A stretch of 64,000 bases of DNA. It comes from Phycisphaeraceae bacterium (GTDB taxonomy: Bacteria; Planctomycetota; Phycisphaerae; Phycisphaerales; Phycisphaeraceae). The stretch is taken from contig JANQKT010000029.1 in the NCBI GenBank assembly GCA_028280965.1, forward strand, positions 260 through 64,259. The letters run 5' to 3'. Positions 9,634 to 17,604 of this stretch are shown piece after piece. Numbering within the stretch: position 1 is the first letter of the stretch; each line of letters starts with the position of its first letter. A program made the translations under genes and the position numbers. A model generated the notes under the pieces. The model was not told the DNA's origin and ran no database searches. It was given only the letters and a program-made list of their open reading frames with translations.

Positions 9634-10683
9634 TCAGCCTCCCATCGCCGTCATCGTTACCGGGCCGGCCGCGGGGTGCTCGGGTTGTTTCTTGGTGTAA
9701 GCCTGCCTCAGCAGCCGATCGACCCGCTCCGCATCGAACGCCGGGCGTAGCGCGGACAACAGCGACCCCGCTGGGTGATCCATGAGGCACGGGTAGATCC
9801 CGCCGTCCGCCGTGATACGCAGCCGGTTGCAGTCGGCACAGAAGTTGCAGCTCATCGGCGTGATGAAGCCGATCGTCGCGCGTCGGCCATCGTCAAGGGT
9901 GACATGGTGCCGCCGGGCCGCATCATGGCCCTGAGGAAGAAGGCTGTCGAACCGCATCGCCCGTGACAAACGCTCACGGACCTCAGATGCCGGCACGTAA
10001 CGCTCCCGCCAGTCCGATGCGAGCGGGCCCATCGGCATCAGCTCAATGAAGCGCAACTCCAGGTTCCTAGGCGCGGCAAAGCGGGCGAGCTCGATCAGGC
10101 ACGACTCGTTCTGGCCCCGGACGACGACGGTGTTCAGCTTGATCGGCGAGAGCCCCGCCGCCCGCGCCGCGTCGATCCCGCGTAGCACGCGATCGAGCCC
10201 GTCAACACCGGTGAGCCGAGTGAACCGATCACGATCCAGCGTGTCCAGGCTGATGTTGACCCGCCGAAGCCCCGCCGCGCGATAATGCTGGGCCATCCGC
10301 TCAAGTGTCAGGCCATTGGTTGTCATCGCCAGGTCGGCGACACCCGGCACCGACGCAATGCGCTCGATAATCTGCAGCAACTCCGGCCGGCTGGTCGGGT
10401 CGCCGCCGGTCAGCCGTACTTTGTTCAGCCCGTGGTGCTCAGTAAGGTGACGCACAAGCTGTTCGATCTCACTTGGTGAAAGCCGCAACTCACCCCGCGG
10501 GTTGGCGTCTGTCTCCGGCCGGCAATACGTGCAGCGCATCGAACAGCCGCGCGTCAGGGACAAACGCAGGTAACCGATGCCCCGGCCCAGCGGGTCGTGC
10601 ACGGTCCGCATGTTTTGGGAGCGGCTCGCCTGCGCAGGCCGGGCCGACAGCACGGGCAATGTCAGTATGCTTGTCGGTTTCAC
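9634..10683 (-). CDS. moaA: GTP 3',8-cyclase (radical SAM); start may be the ATG at 10611
   Basis: YLRLSLT..CSMRCTYC, RLTGGDP, CNFCADCNRLR..ADG...CL, C-terminal MGG. Confidence 0.95.
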   Translation of the reverse strand: MKPTSILTLPVLSARPAQASRSQNMRTVHDPLGRGIGYLRLSLTRGCSMRCTYCRPETDANPRGELRLSPSEIEQLVRHLTEHHGLNKVRLTGGDPTSRPELLQIIERIASVPGVADLAMTTNGLTLERMAQHYRAAGLRRVNISLDTLDRDRFTRLTGVDGLDRVLRGIDAARAAGLSPIKLNTVVVRGQNESCLIELARFAAPRNLELRFIELMPMGPLASDWRERYVPASEVRERLSRAMRFDSLLPQGHDAARRHHVTLDDGRRATIGFITPMSCNFCADCNRLRITADGGIYPCLMDHPAGSLLSALRPAFDAERVDRLLRQAYTKKQPEHPAAGPVTMTAMGG

Positions 10684-11288
10684 ACGCCCTCCCGTTCTCG
10701 CAGCGCGTGCGCCAGTTCGTCGGGCGTGTTGGCCTGCGGCAGCTGGTCGAGCGGATCGGGCAGCGGTACGCGCACCGCCCCGGCGGTGTCAAGCAGATGC
10801 CGCATCGCGTGCTGTTTTCGAGCGAGCTGAGCCGCGATCACAGGGATGAGGTCGGTGTGGTACAGCGCGAGCATCGGCTCCCAACGCTTGCCGAAGAACG
10901 CGACGGCGGGAATCCGAATATCGCCAGCTTCCTGAAGCAGCACCTGGACCCAGGCCCATTGCGGGCAAACCAGGTCGCAACCTGCGAGCAGCATCCAGCC
11001 TTCGCCAAGGGTTTCTTGGCGATGGTGTAAAGCCGCGTTGAGCCCGCCGATCGGGCCGATGCCGGCCGGGCGGTCACGGATAACCGTGTAGCCGAGTTCG
11101 GCATAACGACACGTGCCGCCGGTGACGAGCGTGACCTCAACCGCTTCTGCCGCACCCGCTCGATTGGTGGTCAGCGCACCGACCACCGACTCGAGCATTG
11201 ATTGCCCTTGAACATCCGCGCACGCCTTATCGCTGCCGAACCGCGTGCTGTACCCGCCGGCCAGGACATACAGGGGTAGTGGGGCCAT
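10680..11288 (-). CDS. mobA: Molybdenum cofactor guanylyltransferase
   Basis: VLAGGYSTRFGSDKA, GPIGGL, CDL, WEPMLALY, NTPDEL. Confidence 0.9.
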   Translation of the reverse strand: MAPLPLYVLAGGYSTRFGSDKACADVQGQSMLESVVGALTTNRAGAAEAVEVTLVTGGTCRYAELGYTVIRDRPAGIGPIGGLNAALHHRQETLGEGWMLLAGCDLVCPQWAWVQVLLQEAGDIRIPAVAFFGKRWEPMLALYHTDLIPVIAAQLARKQHAMRHLLDTAGAVRVPLPDPLDQLPQANTPDELAHALREREGV

Positions 11289-11713
11289 CACGGTTCTCAC
11301 GAGCAATCTCCCGCCCCTTACGGGCTCACGGCGGGATTCGATACGCCGACACCTGCAACGCTGATCACGTAGTCTACAACAACCATGCGTTATGCCGCGA
11401 GTTGCGATTTCCATCTTGTGCGTGTGTAAAGCATTGCCTTAAATCAGACTTCCTGCATGGTAGGCGGGTACTGCCCAGGCCGACAGACATCGTCTCTGTT
11501 GGAGTCATGCCATTGGGTTTCGGACCTCGATTGTTTTGTGGCGGCCGTTGAATGGGTGTCCCTCTGGCCGGCCTTGGTGATGCCGTTGTGTAGGCGGTAC
11601 GCGCAACCGGTTGAGTGTTTATGTTTTAAGCTCCGGCCTGAGAGGATATCCATGGCCGTATACTTAAGCCCTGGAAGCCTGTCCTTTAACCGAGAGATGA
11701 TGGTGCTGACCCC

Positions 11714-11742
11714 TTGCCCACAAAACCCGGCCCGTGTAGGAT
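11714..11742 (+). promoter_or_regulatory. tRNA-Gly-type promoter, copy 1 (points into cassette A)
   Basis: TTGCCC-N17-(TG)TAGGAT; same layout precedes the other two tRNA-Gly copies. Confidence 0.65.
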
Positions 11743-11771
11743 CATGCATCGCAGAGGCTTAGGCCTGCTCT

Positions 11772-11809
<38 letters not shown>

Positions 11810-12311
11810 CGGCTTGGACCCGATCCTGAAAACTGTTGATAGATAAGTGTTTATTTCATCAAACCCTTGCTGTTGTTTGGCTTGGGGCGCCGCTTTGGTC
11901 ACCTGCCGGACACCTGTTGGTCAGGCACTGGTCATCCGCGATGGCTCGTTTTGGTTGTTATTTGGTTGTTGTTTGATGACCTCCGGGGCTATAGAGATAT
12001 GTGGGAACCTTGGTTAATGCCAACTCAACGGCCTTTAACCATAGAGCTTTAGGGCAAAGGGATCTCTATCCTATTCGCAGACGGGGTATCAAGATGATCA
12101 ATTTGTGCCGATGATGGGCTCGCCGTCGTCAGTCAAATCAATTCGAATATTCAAAGTTACCAGGTCGTATGGACTTGACGTCAAAGGTGATGACGCCGCC
12201 GCCTTTACTTGTGTATCGTTGCAACCATTACAATTATACTGATTTGCCCAGGCAGTACGAGGTACGAAGAATCGCGCAGATACTCTACTATATTTGTATT
12301 AATGATCGCAC

Positions 12312-13163
12312 ATGAATACCAAAATCCTCCATAATGTCTTTATTGCGACTGCGAATGAGATCCTTGATGGACGATATAGAGAGTCCATTCAGGATTTGGG
12401 ACTAGTTGGTAGTCTTTCTGGGCACTACGGGTGGCATGATACTCGTCTAGCAGATTTAGACATATGGACACTCATGCCCTCTTTCTCCAACATTGGAGAC
12501 ATTGTTAAGATATTTGCAGATCTTTACAAAACGCTTCTCAAGCACCACTATCCAGATTCAATCATTCTCTCAGAAGCTGTTGACGGTCCCTATAAGCCAT
12601 CGCTCACCTCTGACAGATCTTCTATCGTGTTCCTTCACGTCTTGCCTGACACCCTAGCAACTTACAGGAATCGATCGCCGTTCACTCGGTACGCATGGAG
12701 AAAATATCCAACACTAGTTACACCGGATGTGTTGAAGCGATTGGCCCCAACGCAGCCGCCATCCATGACAGAATTAAGAGCGGGTCGTTGGGGAACGCGA
12801 GACCTAAAAGCTCAAATTCAGAGCAGTCAAGTTGTGTACACGCATTGGCGAGGATCTGATTCTTTTAGTATCAGATATGAAATGGGGACACCCCAGTTCA
12901 GCGAGTTCTGTATCTACTCTATTTTGACAACGGCAAGAAATGCATGCAGATCGCTAGGTCGTGACGAGGGTGATCGTCTTAATAATGAGGAATTCGCAAA
13001 CTTCATACATGCGAGAACAACCTGCACAAGCGTGCTGGAAGCGGTATATGCCAAATCGCAATCACGTCGGCATGGCCACGATACACTCGATGCAAAGGAG
13101 CTCCGAGCTCTTGCGTTAGCGTGGCTTGAGGAGATTTGGACCATTGTTCCAATGCTTGGTTGA
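12312..13163 (+). CDS. Putative nucleotidyltransferase (Pol-beta superfamily) with helical C-terminal domain
   Basis: hGhhGS (LGLVGS) followed by DLD (ADLDIW); rest unrecognised. Confidence 0.55.
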   Translation: MNTKILHNVFIATANEILDGRYRESIQDLGLVGSLSGHYGWHDTRLADLDIWTLMPSFSNIGDIVKIFADLYKTLLKHHYPDSIILSEAVDGPYKPSLTSDRSSIVFLHVLPDTLATYRNRSPFTRYAWRKYPTLVTPDVLKRLAPTQPPSMTELRAGRWGTRDLKAQIQSSQVVYTHWRGSDSFSIRYEMGTPQFSEFCIYSILTTARNACRSLGRDEGDRLNNEEFANFIHARTTCTSVLEAVYAKSQSRRHGHDTLDAKELRALALAWLEEIWTIVPMLG

Positions 13164-13174
13164 GTTGAAATTCT

Positions 13175-13879
13175 ATGAAACGCACATTTAACTACTATAG
13201 GTACTACGATGAACTCTTCGGCAGATTTCGCAACTATGATGATGACATCGCATTGGTGGAAACTCTCGCTGGCCCGATTAAAGAGCGAACGATCGTAGAG
13301 ATTGGAGCTGGCACGGGAAATCATGTGGCTGCATTGATCAAGAAAGGGGCGAATGTCCAAGCCCTTGATACGAATCCGATTGCGTGCCAGATTCTAAGGG
13401 AGCGTTTCTTGCCGGAGATGGATGTTGATGTTATCCAAGCGTGTGGGCTTAACGAGCCGCTGCAAGGAGACCTATTGTGTTGCTTCTTCCCAATCGCTCA
13501 GGAAGCACTTTGTGTTGATTCGCAAGCGCATAGGCTTGAGAGTTTATTCAACAAAGCAGATTCATTCCGCTCTGGAGTGATCTTTGAATGGATTGATATC
13601 GATAAGCATCTTGCAAAGTACGCGGGGCAATCGACCGACCTTGCCAATCCCTCAGAGAGTCTATGTATTAGCTTGACGAGTACTGAGGTCGATCAAGGCG
13701 CTTCTCTTTCCTACAGGGGGCACCTTGGTGGAGTGCCATTCGATTTCTCTGTAACCCTCCAAAGACTCTCGGAGTCAAACCTGCGAGAATTAGCGGGGAG
13801 ACTCGGGTTGCGGGCGAGTGCATTGCCAGTGTCAGCGTCCGGAAGAAAGAAGCTCTGGCACGTCTGCTTAACGCGCTAA
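13175..13879 (+). CDS. Class I SAM-dependent methyltransferase
   Basis: Motif I IVEIGAGTGNH, then ALD; 11 nt after the NTase stop. Confidence 0.8.
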   Translation: MKRTFNYYRYYDELFGRFRNYDDDIALVETLAGPIKERTIVEIGAGTGNHVAALIKKGANVQALDTNPIACQILRERFLPEMDVDVIQACGLNEPLQGDLLCCFFPIAQEALCVDSQAHRLESLFNKADSFRSGVIFEWIDIDKHLAKYAGQSTDLANPSESLCISLTSTEVDQGASLSYRGHLGGVPFDFSVTLQRLSESNLRELAGRLGLRASALPVSASGRKKLWHVCLTR

Positions 13880-14926
13880 ATGCTCAAGGCGACGGGAATA
13901 GGATTGCTCAAACCCCTGCATGTGCGACGCAAGTACATCGGGCGATTCAAGAGCCCGTCGAAAGAGATCAAGCAAATCATCGCACACTTGCTCTGTACTA
14001 CCCTTTTCTGACAAGGCCCATAGCATCGCAGTGTTTCCTCGAGGTGGGCGAGGGGTATCTGAGCGCGGAACAATGCAGTTCAGCAGTGATTGTAACGCCG
14101 TCTTCTCCAATTCCCCGCTATCCACAGCGTCAATCCAGTTTAGATTTGCAATGAGATCGCCGAACTGAAACGACAGGTCGTAAGTGTCACCAGATCCTGC
14201 CTTTATTCGAGTCCATGAGCGCCGAAGAGGCTCTGTGATTGATGACCCAGTATAGAGATGGCATTCTCCGATAGTGTTTTGTAGTCTAGATGTGAATATG
14301 TCCCACCCAGATAACCCGCGGTGGCCAAGTTCATGCTTGAGTAACATTTGCTCTGCCGCTACCAACCATTCTTGCAGCGATCGAGTATTCTCAGTTATCT
14401 GTTTATAAAGAAGTTCAAACACCTCAGCCACGTGGTCAGTGGCAATAGTTATCCTGCCAACTCGTTCATCTGGATAAACGAAGAACTGAAGTGGGTTTGC
14501 GGTAACCAGCGCGGGAGATTTCAGGTAGGAAACGGAAAGGCAGGGATGAATCTCAAAAGACTTCTCGTCAGAGATCCATCCAAATCCATTTGCAACCTGC
14601 CAGAATATGCCTTCTGTTTTGACCCTCGCTGGCGAGTCTAGAGCAATCCGTTGAAGTACTGCGAAGCATTCCTCGTAAGAATGGGGGGCTAACTTTAGGG
14701 CCAGACTCCACTGATCGTGCCGTATGTGGCTCTGCCATTCTTTTGGAGGCTGCTGACAGCGAGGGGGTCTTTCTTGCTCGGATAGTATAGTGCGGCGCCC
14801 TACCGTATGCCAACGGCTAAGTGGAACATCAGGGCTACGAGGAGCCGTGTTAGCCAAATAGCTCCAGTGATCTAATTTAATCAGAGTCTCATGCATTGCG
14901 GACTGATCTACCATTTTACGGGACAA
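13868..14926 (-). CDS. Hypothetical protein with HExxH zinc-peptidase-like motif
   Basis: LLKHELGHRG; start overlaps the upstream SIR2 gene by 19 nt. Confidence 0.6.
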   Translation of the reverse strand: MSRKMVDQSAMHETLIKLDHWSYLANTAPRSPDVPLSRWHTVGRRTILSEQERPPRCQQPPKEWQSHIRHDQWSLALKLAPHSYEECFAVLQRIALDSPARVKTEGIFWQVANGFGWISDEKSFEIHPCLSVSYLKSPALVTANPLQFFVYPDERVGRITIATDHVAEVFELLYKQITENTRSLQEWLVAAEQMLLKHELGHRGLSGWDIFTSRLQNTIGECHLYTGSSITEPLRRSWTRIKAGSGDTYDLSFQFGDLIANLNWIDAVDSGELEKTALQSLLNCIVPRSDTPRPPRGNTAMLWALSEKGSTEQVCDDLLDLFRRALESPDVLASHMQGFEQSYSRRLEHLAR

Positions 14927-17190
14927 ACTCGTGGGTCCTCACCTTCCGTTCCACGGCAGTAATAATCTTGAATCAACAATACACATCTGTCTGCGATATC
15001 TGTTATATCTGCTTCAGAAAGATTCTTTGGTAATCCACGTATCCATTCGTTAAGCTCTCCGACCCGCCGTCCAAAATCTGAATCCGAATAGAGATCAAGG
15101 ATTTCTTCGCGAAACCTGTCTGATATTGATTCAGCATGGCCGCCTGCCTGTGGTACAACGATCACTGGCTTCCCCGCGATTGCAGCAGCCCGAACCTCTT
15201 GCACGGTGCCTTCGAGATTTGAGGGACCCGTAGTTGGTTCATAGCCCTCGCCACCAATCGCAATCAATGCCGCGGTCATCTGCACAAACTCTCTCCAAAG
15301 GTCATCATGTTCCCGCGCCTTAATTCTGACGATGGGGGCATTCACATTGATATATCGCCCACCTCCGCCTTCGCGAAGAACAAATCGCCCGGACAGCGGA
15401 TCAATGCTATAGGCAGCCTCAACTGCCTCACGTCCTACAGTGGGTCCACAGCAAGACGAAACGCGGAAGCTTTGGCTTGCTAAGCGTTTTGCGAGGCCTT
15501 CGGCACATCTCACGGCGATGTCTTTAGCCACTGGAGAATGGCCGCCAAGCGCACGCTTCGCCCCGCGTCCGTCATCTTCAAAGCTGTTTCCGGCAAACCC
15601 CACTATAGGTCTTTGGACGCTCATAACCCCTCTCAAGAGTACGTGCATTAATTGAGAATACGACCGGACGTACTGGGTCATGATGCCGAGTTTCTTGAGT
15701 CTTTCTGCCTGAAGGCTTTGCAGATAGCGGCCAAGTGGATCAGGTTTATATACATCAAGGAACAAGTGTGGCTGATCGCTGCTTGGCTCAAGGGCTTCGC
15801 TTGCAATTAGAGTTCTAATAAATGGATCCCCGAACGAAAGTCCAAGAAAGAGAAATGGGCCAGCGCGATAATCTGCCTTCAATCGATCGAGGATCGCACC
15901 TCGGCGCATCGGGTAATTAGACATCTGTGGCTCAAAGACCGTTGGTGTCCCGGTAGCAAGATCGGCATCTACACCAGCAAGGAAATCTCCATGCAACTTG
16001 AATATGTCACCAGCAGTCCCAGCCGTCAGGGAAAGATCACTTGGCTGTCGTACGATACGGTACAGTTCTTGCGGACAAGTCTCGATAGCCTTCTCAAACA
16101 TGAAGTCATAGTTCGTCGTCCAGATCGAAAACGGCATCAGACGCAGAATTAGACTGTGATAAGCATTGGGGCGTTTTCCATCCCGAAATGAGCTAGAGAA
16201 GAAATTCCTTATCCCTTTGAGGTTCTCCTGATCCGTGGCACCAAGAGTCACAGCATCTAACACACCTAACTCACTAATGAAAGGTGACACCCCCGTCTCA
16301 TCTAGAATAGGGCGATACTGCTGAAGCCAGTCTCCATAACCCGAAGGAATCGAAACGCCAGCTCCACATAGTATTGAAAACCGGCGTTTCAACATCGGAT
16401 CAAGTGTTGTACGAAATAATGATTCGTCGCTACTAGGTAGATTCAGAGGTTGTACGCGTCGTTCTATTGCCTGCAGCGGCTTAAGAGAATCAATTGTGTA
16501 ATCTGCATTGCTCTGAGCAGATGGGGCTGGTTCCTTGGCATAGCTGGCGTGATAATAAGTCCACTGCCCAGATAAAGTTACTTCTTGCTTGACGGAACAA
16601 AAGGTCGCATAATCGACATCAGAATCCCCCACATATAGTAAATCGAACGTACCCGGGGACTTCGTTGAAAATCGAGCCAATGTCTCAATCAGTGTACGTG
16701 GATTGGGTTTCTTGATTCCTGATAGAGAATCATTGCCAACCACATGGTCGATTAGATGCCCTATCCGATGCCTGTCCAGGAACTCGCGGATTTCAGCCTC
16801 AGTCCTAAGCGACAGGATTGCGGTCTTATACCCGAGAGTTCTGGCGCATTCGATGAGCAGTTCGATACCGGTCTGTTTTGATGCGCGTTGGGTTAACCCC
16901 GTTGAGATTGAAGCTCTAAGAAACTGAAGTATCGTCTCCTGTGTTCCAGGCGTAAGCCCATTCTCAACCCAGAACCCCAAATCTTCTACGAGTCGCTCGG
17001 GCCCTCGTAGATTGAGGTATTGCCACGCAGCGGTAATTTTGGGTACCTCATCTGAAGCGGCCGCTTTTCTAATTAAGTCGAGAACCGCTTCTCTGGTATC
17101 AGAGATCGGGCCGTCAAAATCGAATACTGCTACTCGAAGCAAAGTTGCCCCTTTAGGCTCGGCATATTGCTCTATTGAGAAATATGCCAA
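14908..17190 (-). CDS. HAD phosphatase-SIR2-SLOG fusion (ThsA-like core with an added N-terminal HAD domain)
   Basis: HAD: FDFDGPISDT, KKPNP, YVGDSDVD. SIR2: LCGAGVS, WTTNYD, FKLHG, FLGLSFGDP. SLOG: VGFAGN, LIAIGG, GTVQEV..A...GKPVIVVPQAGG. TTG start. Confidence 0.8.
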   Translation of the reverse strand: MAYFSIEQYAEPKGATLLRVAVFDFDGPISDTREAVLDLIRKAAASDEVPKITAAWQYLNLRGPERLVEDLGFWVENGLTPGTQETILQFLRASISTGLTQRASKQTGIELLIECARTLGYKTAILSLRTEAEIREFLDRHRIGHLIDHVVGNDSLSGIKKPNPRTLIETLARFSTKSPGTFDLLYVGDSDVDYATFCSVKQEVTLSGQWTYYHASYAKEPAPSAQSNADYTIDSLKPLQAIERRVQPLNLPSSDESLFRTTLDPMLKRRFSILCGAGVSIPSGYGDWLQQYRPILDETGVSPFISELGVLDAVTLGATDQENLKGIRNFFSSSFRDGKRPNAYHSLILRLMPFSIWTTNYDFMFEKAIETCPQELYRIVRQPSDLSLTAGTAGDIFKLHGDFLAGVDADLATGTPTVFEPQMSNYPMRRGAILDRLKADYRAGPFLFLGLSFGDPFIRTLIASEALEPSSDQPHLFLDVYKPDPLGRYLQSLQAERLKKLGIMTQYVRSYSQLMHVLLRGVMSVQRPIVGFAGNSFEDDGRGAKRALGGHSPVAKDIAVRCAEGLAKRLASQSFRVSSCCGPTVGREAVEAAYSIDPLSGRFVLREGGGGRYINVNAPIVRIKAREHDDLWREFVQMTAALIAIGGEGYEPTTGPSNLEGTVQEVRAAAIAGKPVIVVPQAGGHAESISDRFREEILDLYSDSDFGRRVGELNEWIRGLPKNLSEADITDIADRCVLLIQDYYCRGTEGEDPRVCPVKW

Positions 17191-17604
17191 TTCTGCGAAT
17201 TACTACTCGGAGTATCCTACCTCACTCTGTCTCACCTTCACAACCTCGTCTCAAGCAGGAATTGATCAGCGGAATTGATCTACCCTCACAGTTCATGCCA
17301 AGTTCTTCAACCCACCACGCCTACGGGGCCGATAGCCCAGCGCCGAGTCCGGACGGATCGTGTTGTACTGCCGTGGGTGGCGAATAAACTGGAGATTGCA
17401 GGTTCGAATACTGCGCTCGCCAATCAAGTGACTTGCCTCACAAAAGTACTCGCATTGGTTGAACATAGTGACAGCATAGGGCGTGTGAAAGCTAAACATA
17501 AACACCACTATGGGGTGTAGGACACGGTACTCCCTGCACCTCTTTTTAGTGCTGGTCCTGCAAAAATCTATTTGCTTAAAATAAGAGAGTTAATCCAAGT
17601 GGTT

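Noticed and set aside
11289-11700. Moco riboswitch upstream of the mobA-moaA operon
   Set aside because: Only one hairpin (TCCCGCC...GGCGGGA) is visible; the GCCUCCCGU/GAAAGG-type 3' elements I expect are absent. An Infernal search with the Rfam Moco model would settle it.
12312-17600. Canonical Thoeris (thsA-thsB) call
   Set aside because: No ORF with a recognisable TIR signature lies near the SIR2-SLOG gene. A highly divergent TIR cannot be fully excluded without HHpred.
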